NCBI GenBank assembly: GCA_964545545.1
Contig: CAZJGK010000004.1
Location: 1 to 62,662 of the forward strand
Direction: 5' to 3'
Length of the DNA stretch: 62,662 bases
Origin: an uncultured Fibrobacteraceae bacterium
GTDB taxonomy: Bacteria; Krumholzibacteriota; Krumholzibacteriia; LZORAL124-64-63
Positions 25,102 to 34,190 of this stretch are shown here, piece by piece. The notes under the pieces are model-generated. The model had not been told where the DNA came from and searched no databases. It saw only the letters and a program-made list of their open reading frames with translations. How positions within the stretch are numbered: position 1 is the stretch's first letter; each line of letters opens with the position of its first letter. Position numbers and translations under genes: made by a program.

Positions 25102-26784
25102 ATGATTACAACCAAAAACAAGGTTGCCGCGAAACTTCTGGAAGCAGGTTTGATAACCGATGCTGACCTGGCCAAGGCCCAGGAAATCCAGAAGAAGCAA
25201 GGCGGGTCGATAGGTCAGGCCTTGATCAAGGCCGGGGCGGTCGATGAGACCACTCTGACCACCTTCCTGGGCCAGGTCTACAACCTGCCGGTTGTGGATC
25301 TGGACACGGTCCAGGTGGAGTTGGAATGCGTCGATATGGTTCCCGGTGACGTGGCTCGAAAATTCCAGGTGCTGCCGGTGACGCGGCGGGGCAGGGTCCT
25401 GACCGTTGCCATGTCCAACCCCAGCAATATTTTCGCCATCGACGATATCAAGTTCATCACAGGCCTTGATGTTCAGCCTGCCGTGGCTGGCGAAATGGCC
25501 ATCAAGAAATCCATCGACAAGTACTATGCCACCGCAGATTCCCTCACCGAGATCATGGAGGGCATCGAAGCGGATATCGAGGTCGTGGAGGAAGAGGATG
25601 ACGACGACATCACCGGGCAGGAAGGTCAGAACGCGCCGGTGGTCAAGCTCGTCAACACCCTGCTGGCCGAAGCGGTCAAGATGGGCGCCAGCGATATCCA
25701 CATCGAACCCTACGAACGCAATATGCGCGTCCGGTACCGCGTTGACGGTGTGCTGCAGGAGGTCATGGAGCCGCCGATCAAATTGAAGAACGCCATCATC
25801 AGTCGTTTGAAAATCATGTCCGAACTGGACATTGCAGAACGCCGGATTCCCCAGGACGGCCGCATCAAATTGAAGATCGGGAGCAAGAAAATCGATCTGC
25901 GTGTTTCCACCCTGCCGTGCATCTACGGGGAAAAAGTGGTAATGCGTATTCTCGATAAAGGGAATCTGAATCTGGACTTGGGCGATTTCAACATGGAAAA
26001 GGAAGCGATCGCTAATATCTATCACGCCATTGCCCAGCCCTTTGGCATGGTCCTGGTTACCGGTCCCACTGGATCAGGCAAGACCACGACGTTGTATTCC
26101 TGCCTTTCGAAGCTGAACAACCCGGACCTGAACATCATGACGGCCGAAGACCCTGTGGAGTACAACATCGACGGCATCAACCAGGTCCAGGTACGTGAGG
26201 ATGTCGGCTTGACGTTCGCCGCGGCTCTCAAGGCGTTTCTCAGGCAGGATCCCAACATCATCATGGTCGGTGAAATCCGGGACCTGGAAACCGGTGGTAT
26301 TGCCACCAAGGCGGCGCTCACCGGCCACCTGGTGCTCTCGACGCTGCATACCAATGATGCGCCCAGCACCATCAACCGGATGATGGACATGGGGCTGGAG
26401 CCGTTCCTGGTGGCCTCGTCGACCCTGTTGATCATGGCGCAGCGGCTGGTGCGGCGGATCTGTTCGAACTGCAAGGAAGAGATTGAAGTGCCGCCGGATG
26501 CGCTGCGCGATATCGGACTGCCGCCCGGCACGACGGTCTTCGCGGGCAAGGGCTGCGACAAGTGCGGGGGCACGGGATATTCCGGACGTCAGGGGCTCTA
26601 TGAAGTCATGCCCATCACCTCCGAAATACGCGATCTCATCCTGGATCGCGCCGCGACCAGCGAGATCACGAAGATGGCGGTTCAGCAGGGCATGCTGACC
26701 CTGCGTCGGGACGGGCTAATCAAGATCCAGAAGGGCATCACGACCATCGAGGAAGTTTTGCGGGAAACCGCAATAGGGGACTAG
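25102..26784 (+). CDS. pilB: Type IV pilus assembly (extension) ATPase
   Basis: It has a GspE-N domain (LLEAGLITDADLAKAQ), Walker A GPTGSGKTTT, Asp/His boxes, and the tetracysteine motif CSNC...CDKCGGTG. Confidence 0.93.
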   Translation: MITTKNKVAAKLLEAGLITDADLAKAQEIQKKQGGSIGQALIKAGAVDETTLTTFLGQVYNLPVVDLDTVQVELECVDMVPGDVARKFQVLPVTRRGRVLTVAMSNPSNIFAIDDIKFITGLDVQPAVAGEMAIKKSIDKYYATADSLTEIMEGIEADIEVVEEEDDDDITGQEGQNAPVVKLVNTLLAEAVKMGASDIHIEPYERNMRVRYRVDGVLQEVMEPPIKLKNAIISRLKIMSELDIAERRIPQDGRIKLKIGSKKIDLRVSTLPCIYGEKVVMRILDKGNLNLDLGDFNMEKEAIANIYHAIAQPFGMVLVTGPTGSGKTTTLYSCLSKLNNPDLNIMTAEDPVEYNIDGINQVQVREDVGLTFAAALKAFLRQDPNIIMVGEIRDLETGGIATKAALTGHLVLSTLHTNDAPSTINRMMDMGLEPFLVASSTLLIMAQRLVRRICSNCKEEIEVPPDALRDIGLPPGTTVFAGKGCDKCGGTGYSGRQGLYEVMPITSEIRDLILDRAATSEITKMAVQQGMLTLRRDGLIKIQKGITTIEEVLRETAIGD

Positions 26785-26806
26785 AGCAACCGGGAGGGAA
26801 AATCCA

Positions 26807-27877
26807 GTGACTGGAATGCGGGAATTACTCGAGGATATGGTGACCAAGGGTGCCAGCGATCTTCATATTGTGGCGGGTCTGCCCCCTCAGTACCGTATCG
26901 ACGGCAGCATCGTCTCGACAGGGCTGGAAGTCCTGAACGGCGAGGAAACCATGCGGCTGGCCTACAGCATCCTCAACGAGGAACAGAAAAAGCGCTTCGA
27001 GACGAAAAAGGAACTCGATCTTTCCTTCGGGGTGCAGGGGATCAGCCGTTTTCGCGCCAACGTGTTTCTGCAGCGGGGGGTGGTCTCCATGGCCATCCGC
27101 CAGATTCCCTACAAGATCAACACGTTTGAAGAACTTGGTTTGCCTCCGGTGTGCCGCCAGCTAATCCAGCGCACCCATGGCCTGGTCCTGGTGACCGGGC
27201 CGACCGGGAGCGGCAAGTCGACAACCCTGGCGACCATGGTCGACACCATCAACACGTCGCGCAAGGGCCACATCATCACCATCGAGGATCCCATCGAGTT
27301 TGTTCACCAGCACAAGAACTGCATCGTCAACCAGCGCGAAGTGAACAGCGACACCCACAGTTTTCCCGATGCCCTCAAGTATGTACTGCGCCAGGATCCC
27401 GACGTCATCCTGATCGGCGAGATGCGGGACAGGGAGACGATTTCCGCCGCCTTGACCATTGCCGAAACCGGACATCTGGCCATGGCTACCCTGCATACAA
27501 ACAGCACCTTCGAATCGATCAACCGTATCATCGACGTGTTCCCGCCTGAACAACAGAACCAGATACGATCCCAGTTGTCGTTCTGCCTCAATGGGGTCAT
27601 CACGCAGCAACTGCTGCCGAAAGCCAGAGGCGCGGGCCGTGTTCTGGCCCTCGAAGTCATGGTCTGTACCCCGGCCATCAAGTCCATGATCCGGGATGAC
27701 AAGACCCACCAGATCTATGGCCACATGCAGGCCGGGCAGAAGCACGGCATGCAGACCATGAACCAATCGCTCTACCAAGCCGTCATCAACAAATGGATCA
27801 CACTGGAAACGGCCACTGGCCGGAGTTCGGATGTGCAGGAACTGCAGCAGATGCTCGGCCAACCGGTCGTAGTATAA
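26807..27877 (+). CDS. pilT: Type IV pilus retraction ATPase
   Basis: Its size (356 aa) fits PilT. It has GASDLHI, Walker A GPTGSGKST and ATLHTNS. GGGAGG RBS lies 8 nt before GTG 26807. Confidence 0.92.
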   Translation: MTGMRELLEDMVTKGASDLHIVAGLPPQYRIDGSIVSTGLEVLNGEETMRLAYSILNEEQKKRFETKKELDLSFGVQGISRFRANVFLQRGVVSMAIRQIPYKINTFEELGLPPVCRQLIQRTHGLVLVTGPTGSGKSTTLATMVDTINTSRKGHIITIEDPIEFVHQHKNCIVNQREVNSDTHSFPDALKYVLRQDPDVILIGEMRDRETISAALTIAETGHLAMATLHTNSTFESINRIIDVFPPEQQNQIRSQLSFCLNGVITQQLLPKARGAGRVLALEVMVCTPAIKSMIRDDKTHQIYGHMQAGQKHGMQTMNQSLYQAVINKWITLETATGRSSDVQELQQMLGQPVVV

Positions 27878-27899
27878 CCCGTAGCGCCGGAGGAATCCC

Positions 27900-29114
27900 G
27901 TGAGTGCCACAACTTATAACTGGAAAGGCCGGACCAACAAGGGTGAGATCCTGTCCGGGGAATACACGTGCGAGGACCGGAAGGGCGTGGGGGACTACCT
28001 GCGCAAGCGCCGGATCGTGATCACTTCCATCAAGAAGAAGCCGAAGGAAATCCAGCTCGGGTTCCTGAAGAAGACCAAGGTCGGAGTAAAGGACCTTTCG
28101 GTATTTACCCGGCAGTTCGCCACCATGGTCAACGCCGGTCTGCCTTTGGTCCAATGCCTGGACATCCTGAGCCGGCAGCTCGACAAGCCGCATTTCAAGA
28201 TAGTCGTCCAGCAGGTCACCACCGACGTCGAAGGCGGTTCGACCCTGGCCGAGGCCCTCGAGAAACACCCCAAGGTATTCTCGGACCTGTTTGTAAACAT
28301 GATCGCCGCCGGTGAGGCCGGCGGTATCCTGGATGTGATCCTGGGCCGGCTGGCCGTATTCCTGGAAAAGGCCGATGCCCTGCAGCGCAAGGTCAAGGGT
28401 GCCATGACCTATCCCACCATCGTGCTGACGGTGGCAGGCGGTGCCTGCATTTTCATGCTCATGTTCGTGATCCCGGTGTTCGCCAAGATGTTTTCGGATT
28501 TCGGAGGCGTCCTTCCCGCTCCCACGAGGATCGTGATGGGGTTGTCGGATTTCCTGAAGGCGTACTGGTGGGCCTTGGGCGGTGGCGCCGCAATCCTGAC
28601 CTTCGCCTTCAAACGCTATCGTGCGACTCCCAAGGGCAAGATGGTTACTGATCGTCTGGCGCTGCGGATTCCTGTTCTCGGCACGGTGTTGCGCAAGTCT
28701 TCGGTGGCCCGGTTTACCCGCACCCTCGGCACGCTTATCGGCTCCGGGGTGCCCATCCTGCAGGGTCTTGAAATCACCTCCAAGACAGCGGGCAACGCGG
28801 TCATTCAGAAAGCCATCCAGGATACGGCCGTCAGCATCAGTCAGGGCGACACTATTGCCAAGCCGTTGAAGGATAGCGGCGTGTTCCCGCCCATGGTCGT
28901 TCAGATGATCGGGGTCGGGGAGCAGACAGGCGCCCTGGATGAAATGTTGAACAAGATCGCGGATTTCTATGACGACGAAGTCGATTCGGCCGTGGAGGCG
29001 CTCACTGCGGCCATCGAACCCATAATGATCGTGGTCATGGGAACCATGGTTGGCGGTATGCTCGTGGCCATGTATTTGCCGATGTTCAAGATGTCCAGTG
29101 TCGTCGGAAAATGA
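27900..29114 (+). CDS. pilC: Type IV pilus inner-membrane platform protein (GspF family)
   Basis: It has two GspF-type repeats (FTRQFATMVNAGLPL and FTRTLGTLIGSGVPI) and three TM segments. GGAGG RBS precedes GTG 27900. Confidence 0.92.
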   Translation: MSATTYNWKGRTNKGEILSGEYTCEDRKGVGDYLRKRRIVITSIKKKPKEIQLGFLKKTKVGVKDLSVFTRQFATMVNAGLPLVQCLDILSRQLDKPHFKIVVQQVTTDVEGGSTLAEALEKHPKVFSDLFVNMIAAGEAGGILDVILGRLAVFLEKADALQRKVKGAMTYPTIVLTVAGGACIFMLMFVIPVFAKMFSDFGGVLPAPTRIVMGLSDFLKAYWWALGGGAAILTFAFKRYRATPKGKMVTDRLALRIPVLGTVLRKSSVARFTRTLGTLIGSGVPILQGLEITSKTAGNAVIQKAIQDTAVSISQGDTIAKPLKDSGVFPPMVVQMIGVGEQTGALDEMLNKIADFYDDEVDSAVEALTAAIEPIMIVVMGTMVGGMLVAMYLPMFKMSSVVGK

Positions 29115-30862
29115 GCGTGTCCCAGGGTGGGGTCGGTATGCGTCCGGAAAGTGAAATCATCCGGGGCGACGTCCCCAACCTACGCCTGTTGCGCTGGCGG
29201 CTGGGGTTTGCCGTGGTCCTTACCGGCACCTCGGCGGGCATGGTGCTCATGGGACCCCTGCAGGTTACGCTGCCCGGAGTGGTGGTTTCCCTGGGACTGC
29301 TGTACACCACCTTGGCAGCCTGCTGGGCGGCCGCGCTGGTGCCCTTGAACCCCAAGGCCCTTTTGGCCGTACAACTTTCCGCAGACACCCTGGTCATAGG
29401 CCTGCTGGTTCATTTTACCGGCGGGCCGTTCTCCATCCTGCCGCTCGCTTTCTGTTTTCCCATCATGCTCGGGGCCTATTTCCTGGGTTCACGGGGAGCC
29501 ATGACCTTGGCCGGTGCCGCGGCGATTTTTACCGGTGGCGGCCACTTCGGCCTGGCGCTGGGTTGGATGTTGGCCGGGAGTTCCGCTCCGGTGGCCTACC
29601 TGCAGGGCTGGCCCGTCATGGTCACGGCCTTGCATCTGGCGCTGTTCATCTTCACGGGCATGATCAGCGCTTCGCTGGCGCAGAAGCTTACCATGCGCCG
29701 GCGACAGAAACAGCGGAGCGAGGAGATCACCGCCAAGGCGCGCTGCGAGCTGCGCAACATCCTACTGAATATCCGCAGTGGATTGTTGACCGTCGACATC
29801 GGCGGGGTTGTTACCCGCATGAATCCTGCCGCCGAACGTATCCTGGGGCTGAAAGAACATGATGTCCTGGGACAGAATCTGGAACTGATAACCGCCGGCG
29901 GCATGGAGGAACTGGCCCAGGTCGTGTTGCCCATCGCCGCAGGCAGCCCACCCCTGCCCAGAGGGGAAATCCAGGTTGTGAGCAAGAATGGAATCATGCC
30001 CCTGGGGCTCAATGTCAACCCGGTGTTGAGCAACGACGGTCAGCTGGCCGGCGCGATCGTCATCTTCACCGATCTGACCCGGGAAAAGGAAATGACGGCC
30101 CGGATCAGGGAGTCGGATCGCATGGCCGCCGTGGGCGAACTGGCCGCCAGCATCGCCCACGAGATCCGCAATCCCCTGGCCAGTATCCGTGGCAGCGTGG
30201 AGATGCTGGCCGCGGAGCTTGACCTGGAGGGGAACCTCGACCAGTTGTTGAGCCTGGTTTTGAAGGAAAGTGCCAGGGTCAACACCATCATCAACGATTT
30301 TCTCGCCTACTCGAGGATGCGCCCCGTTTTCTTGCGGCGCATTGCCGCTGACGAGTTCATGGTCGAAGTGGAGCTCCAGGCGATCCAGCATGTGGTGGCC
30401 CATGGCGGCAAGGTCGACGTCGAATTCAATTGTCAGCCACAGGACATGGTCATGATGGCCGATCCCGCCCAGCTCACCCAGCTGATACTCAACCTGGTCA
30501 TCAACTCCTGCGAGGCCATGGATTACGCAGGCCGGATTGATCTGGAATTGAGCCTTACGGAGGACGGACACGTGCTGGAAGTCCATGACTCCGGGCCGGG
30601 AATCGATCCGGAAATCCGGAAAGACCTGTTTGCTCCCTTCAAGACCACCAAGGAAAAGGGCACCGGCCTGGGACTGGCCATGGTCGCCCGCATTGCCTCC
30701 GCCCACGGCGGGCACGTGAGCGTGGGCCAAGGTGTATCCGGCGGGGCCATGTTCACGTTCAACTGGCCCTTGCAACCGCCGGTGAGGGAGGAATCCGCCG
30801 AAAATCCTGCATATCCCTCCGTTTCCGCAGAAAATCCTGCCACGTCCGCATTTCAACAGTAA
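29111..30862 (+). CDS. pilS: Sensor histidine kinase, PilS-like (polytopic N terminus, PAS, HisKA, HATPase)
   Basis: ATGA overlap with the pilC stop. It has about 6 N-terminal TM helices, a PAS-like segment, the H-box SIAHEIRNPL, and N/G boxes (NLVINSCEAM, DSGPGI, GTGLGL). Confidence 0.85.
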   Translation: MSVSQGGVGMRPESEIIRGDVPNLRLLRWRLGFAVVLTGTSAGMVLMGPLQVTLPGVVVSLGLLYTTLAACWAAALVPLNPKALLAVQLSADTLVIGLLVHFTGGPFSILPLAFCFPIMLGAYFLGSRGAMTLAGAAAIFTGGGHFGLALGWMLAGSSAPVAYLQGWPVMVTALHLALFIFTGMISASLAQKLTMRRRQKQRSEEITAKARCELRNILLNIRSGLLTVDIGGVVTRMNPAAERILGLKEHDVLGQNLELITAGGMEELAQVVLPIAAGSPPLPRGEIQVVSKNGIMPLGLNVNPVLSNDGQLAGAIVIFTDLTREKEMTARIRESDRMAAVGELAASIAHEIRNPLASIRGSVEMLAAELDLEGNLDQLLSLVLKESARVNTIINDFLAYSRMRPVFLRRIAADEFMVEVELQAIQHVVAHGGKVDVEFNCQPQDMVMMADPAQLTQLILNLVINSCEAMDYAGRIDLELSLTEDGHVLEVHDSGPGIDPEIRKDLFAPFKTTKEKGTGLGLAMVARIASAHGGHVSVGQGVSGGAMFTFNWPLQPPVREESAENPAYPSVSAENPATSAFQQ

Positions 30863-30931
30863 AGAAGCCGGCTGCGGAGCCGATATCCCTCCTGACACCT
30901 TTTGGATCAGACCCGTTGCGAGGAGCATTTC

Positions 30932-32455
30932 ATGGCCCAGGACAGGATATTGGTCGTCGATGATGAGGAATCCATGTGCCAGTACCTCTCCATCCTGTTG
31001 CAGAAGGAAGGGTACACCGTCGAGACCACAAATTCAGCCGCCACGGCCCTGGAGCGTTTTCGCAAGGGAAAATTCAACCTGGTCATGACCGATATCCAGA
31101 TGCCGAAAATGGACGGCATCGAGCTGCTCAAGGAGATCAAGGGCATCGACCCGACCAGTCCGGTCATCATCATGACCGCCTATGCCAGCGAGCAGTCGGC
31201 GATTGATGCGGTAAACCTCGGTGCCTTCTCATACCTGCAAAAGCATTGCAAGAACGACGACATCAAGATGGTTGTCCGCAATGCTCTGGAATTGAACAAG
31301 GCCCGCAGCGAGAACCAGGAACTTCGCCGTGAACTGACGCGGACAAAGAGTCCCAAACAGATCATCGGCAACAGCAGCCGCATACGGTCGGTGTTCAAGA
31401 TGGTGGACAAGATCGCGGGGACCAAAGCCACCGTTCTTATCAACGGGGAAAGCGGAACCGGCAAGGAACTGGTGGCGCAGTCCATCCACCAGCGGAGCAA
31501 CCGCAGCAGTGGTCCCTTCGTGGCCATCAATTGCGGCGCAATCCCCGAGACACTCCTGGAAAGCCAGCTCTTCGGACACGTCAAGGGTTCGTACACGGGC
31601 GCCGATCGCGACCACGATGGATTCTGCAGGCAAGCCGAGGGTGGGACGATCTTTCTGGATGAAATCGGGGAAACGCCCCTGTCCATCCAGGTCAAGCTTT
31701 TGCGGATGCTCCAGGAGCGCGAGATCTACCCGGTGGGAAGCAGCTGCCCGGTGAAGGTCGATGTGCGGGTGATTGCCGCCACCAACCGCGACCTGGAAGA
31801 CGAGGTCAGCCAGGGAAACTTCCGCACGGACCTTTATTACCGGCTCAATGTCATTCCCCTGCTGCTGCCCGCCTTGCGGGAACGCGCCGACGATATTCCC
31901 CTGCTGGTGGATCACTTCCTGAAGCGCTGCCTGGGATCCGAGTATACCGGCGGTATAGCCAATTTCATGGACGAAGCGACTCTGCGCATCCTGTCGGCCT
32001 ATGAATGGCCAGGCAATGTGCGCGAACTTGAGAATGTTATCGAACGGGCCGTGATCATTCATGAAGGCAACAGGATCACCGCTGGTGATCTCCCCGAACA
32101 CATTCGCGCGATGGGGCCGGCGGGGACCACGTCCTCCACCCTGCAGGTTGGGGGAAATGTGACGTTGGATGATCTGGAGCAGGCCCACATTCTGGGCGTC
32201 CTGGAGTCCACCGATGGGGCGCGCAAGTTGACCTCGGAAATCCTGGGAATCAATGCCTCCACCCTTTACCGCAAGCTGAAGAAGTATGGCCTGGGGGACG
32301 AGGAGGCTGAAGAAGAATTGGTGGACCAGACGGTGGAGGTTCCCGGGGCGGAACTCCTTGATGCTGTCGAAAGTGTCATGCGCGAAGCCGACGGAGAGTC
32401 CGCTGCCACCGCACAAGAGAGAGTTGATGCCGATGCCGCAGAGCTTTCGGTGTGA
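30932..32455 (+). CDS. pilR: Sigma-54-dependent response regulator, PilR-like (NtrC family)
   Basis: It has a receiver domain (ILVVDDEESM...MTDIQMP), an AAA+ domain with GESGTGKE, the sigma-54 contact loop GSYTGA (31586-31603), ESQLFGH, and a Fis-type HTH (INASTLYRKLKKYG). GAGGAG RBS precedes the start. Confidence 0.9.
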   Translation: MAQDRILVVDDEESMCQYLSILLQKEGYTVETTNSAATALERFRKGKFNLVMTDIQMPKMDGIELLKEIKGIDPTSPVIIMTAYASEQSAIDAVNLGAFSYLQKHCKNDDIKMVVRNALELNKARSENQELRRELTRTKSPKQIIGNSSRIRSVFKMVDKIAGTKATVLINGESGTGKELVAQSIHQRSNRSSGPFVAINCGAIPETLLESQLFGHVKGSYTGADRDHDGFCRQAEGGTIFLDEIGETPLSIQVKLLRMLQEREIYPVGSSCPVKVDVRVIAATNRDLEDEVSQGNFRTDLYYRLNVIPLLLPALRERADDIPLLVDHFLKRCLGSEYTGGIANFMDEATLRILSAYEWPGNVRELENVIERAVIIHEGNRITAGDLPEHIRAMGPAGTTSSTLQVGGNVTLDDLEQAHILGVLESTDGARKLTSEILGINASTLYRKLKKYGLGDEEAEEELVDQTVEVPGAELLDAVESVMREADGESAATAQERVDADAAELSV

Positions 32456-32589
32456 TTTGCCCGCTCCTGGTACTTGTGGCCGGGCGAATCGCAAGCAAAT
32501 GCGGAAAGAATGATGCGGTAAGGCTGATTTAAAAATTCTAACCCGTTGCCCCATAGTAAATTATGGGAATCGGGGAAAAAATCTGCGGG

Positions 32590-32605
32590 TGGCATGACCA
32601 TTGCA
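32590..32605 (+). promoter_or_regulatory. Sigma-54 -24/-12 promoter upstream of the first pilin gene
   Basis: TGGCATGACCATTGCA matches TGGCAC-N5-TTGCW with correct GG/GC spacing. It lies 93 nt upstream of the pilin start and directly downstream of pilSR. Confidence 0.75.
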
Positions 32606-32697
32606 TAGTTGGTTCAGCCATAGGCAGGTGGATGGGGAGGGGCGTAATGTTATCTCCCGGATTCAAGGTCCGCGGACCATTGCAAGGAGGACAGGTA

Positions 32698-33120
32698 GTG
32701 TTGAATCGTAAGGGCTTTACTCTGATTGAGCTGATGATCGTCGTCGTGATCATCGGTATCCTGGCTGCTATCGCCATTCCTAATTTCATCAGCATGCAGG
32801 ACCGGGCCAAGGAAGCCAAGGTCAAGGGCGCGGCCCATACTCTGCAGCTGGCCGCCGAGGACTACGCCGTGCGCAATGACGGCATCTACTCGGATGCCCA
32901 GGCAGATGTGGGTGCTTTGCTGCCCCAGGATCCCGGCGGCGGCAACAACCTGCAGAACGCCTTCACCGGTCTGTACACCGAGCCCGTGTGGGCTGGTGCG
33001 GCTGGCGCTTCGGGTCAGGTTGGCATCGTGGCCATCGCCCAGGGCGGTGTGAACGTGGGTTACACGATCACCGGTTTCGGCAAGACGGCAAACGTCATTT
33101 CCTTGACCAGCGGCCAGTAA
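32698..33120 (+). CDS. pilA: Type IVa pilin (major pilin candidate 1)
   Basis: AAGGAGG RBS precedes the start. The short leader VLNRKG is followed by FTLIELMIVVVIIGILAAIAIPNF (class III signal, Glu5). The protein is 140 aa and has no cysteine. Confidence 0.92.
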   Translation: MLNRKGFTLIELMIVVVIIGILAAIAIPNFISMQDRAKEAKVKGAAHTLQLAAEDYAVRNDGIYSDAQADVGALLPQDPGGGNNLQNAFTGLYTEPVWAGAAGASGQVGIVAIAQGGVNVGYTITGFGKTANVISLTSGQ

Positions 33121-33140
33121 TCTCTGTCGCAAGGGTATCG

Positions 33141-33181
33141 CGGGCGGAGCTGGCTTGAGCCGGTTCCGCCCGTTGCCTTTC
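33141..33181 (+). terminator. Hairpin (possible attenuating terminator) after the first pilin gene
   Basis: CGGGCGGA (33141-33148) pairs with TCCGCCCG (33165-33172). It is followed by TTGCCTTTCT. The T-tract is weak. Confidence 0.4.
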
Positions 33182-33191
33182 TGGGAGCGTC

Positions 33192-33647
33192 ATGCGCAAC
33201 TTGACCAGATTCTCCAAATTCATCAGGATGCCCAGCCGGGACGACACTCTGCTTGCTGTGGGTGTCCTGGTGCTGGTCAGTTCGCTCCTGATGCTGGTGG
33301 GGATCCCGGTCTTGAACCATCTGGAAGCCCGGGCGCGGCTCGTGGCCGTCAAGGGCAATGCGGCCACCTTGCAACTGGCCGTCGAGAGTTTTGCCAGGCA
33401 ACACATGGGGAACTATCCCACGGACGTTGCGGAAGTCCTGACATATTTGCCCCAGGCCAAGGCGCCCACGAACCCTCTGGACGGCAAACCACTTCAATTT
33501 GCCCCCAGGCCCGGTGATGTGACCTATACCTCCCTGGGCCAAGGTTGTGGGTATCGGATCAAAGCCTGGATATATGGACCCCAGGAGAAATGCCGGGAAT
33601 TAATTACGCTCAAGGGCGGATCGGCGATGACAGGAGGAGTGCCGTGA
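33192..33647 (+). CDS. Pilin-like protein with a non-canonical N terminus
   Basis: It sits between two pilin genes. A hydrophobic helix TLLAVGVLVLVSSLLMLVGIPVL is followed by GNAATLQLAVESFA, which parallels AHTLQLAAEDYA in the pilins. It has no G/FTLxE cleavage motif and carries two Cys (GCGY...EKC). Its stop overlaps the next start (GTGA). Confidence 0.6.
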   Translation: MRNLTRFSKFIRMPSRDDTLLAVGVLVLVSSLLMLVGIPVLNHLEARARLVAVKGNAATLQLAVESFARQHMGNYPTDVAEVLTYLPQAKAPTNPLDGKPLQFAPRPGDVTYTSLGQGCGYRIKAWIYGPQEKCRELITLKGGSAMTGGVP

Positions 33648-34075
33648 CCAAGGCGAAAACGAAAGCGATAGCCCGAGGATTTACCATCATTGAACTCATG
33701 ATCGTCGTGGTCATCATCGGCTTGCTGGTGACCATCGCCCTGCCGAATTTCATTTCCATGAAAGACCGCGCCCGCGAAGCGGGAACCCGGGAGAACGCCC
33801 ATACCCTCCAGCTGGCCGCGGAGGATTTCGCATCGGGCAACGATGGCGTTTATTCCACCAACGCGGCGGATATCACCCCGCTGTTGCCCGGCGCAGGCAT
33901 GATGATCAATTCCTTTACCGGGGTCAACAGCGAGCCCCAGTTCGGCGCCGCCGCCGGCACTCCGGGTCAGATCGGTCTGGAATCCGTGATCAACGGGGGC
34001 GTGGTGTCCGGATACAAGATCACCGGCTTCGGACGTGCGGATCTCATCGTCACCCTGGTGACCGCGGGCAACTGA
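33644..34075 (+). CDS. Type IVa pilin (paralogue, major pilin candidate 2)
   Basis: AGGAGG RBS precedes GTG 33644. The leader VTKAKTKAIARG is followed by FTIIELMIVVVIIGLLVTIALPNF. It is a paralogue of the first pilin (AHTLQLAAEDFA, ITGFG) and has no cysteine. Confidence 0.9.
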   Translation: MTKAKTKAIARGFTIIELMIVVVIIGLLVTIALPNFISMKDRAREAGTRENAHTLQLAAEDFASGNDGVYSTNAADITPLLPGAGMMINSFTGVNSEPQFGAAAGTPGQIGLESVINGGVVSGYKITGFGRADLIVTLVTAGN

Positions 34076-34101
34076 CCCTACGCCAAGCCCCTGAACCCCG
34101 C

Positions 34102-34117
34102 TGGCATCCGTGTTGCA
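34102..34117 (+). promoter_or_regulatory. Sigma-54 -24/-12 promoter upstream of the ABC-transporter/pilD unit
   Basis: TGGCATCCGTGTTGCA has the same core and spacing as the pilA promoter. It lies about 75-80 nt upstream of the ABC ATPase start. Confidence 0.7.
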
Positions 34118-34190
34118 TGGCATCTCTTTGTACTGTCTGAATGCGGGGATAACGGGTTCCATGGCCCGTCCAGCTGGTTTGAGGTGATCA

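Noticed and set aside
32520-32560. AT-rich tract upstream of the pilA promoter, considered as an IHF binding site.
   Set aside because: I could not find a match to WATCAA-N4-TTR on either strand. It is kept only as an AT-rich or bendable region within the promoter finding.
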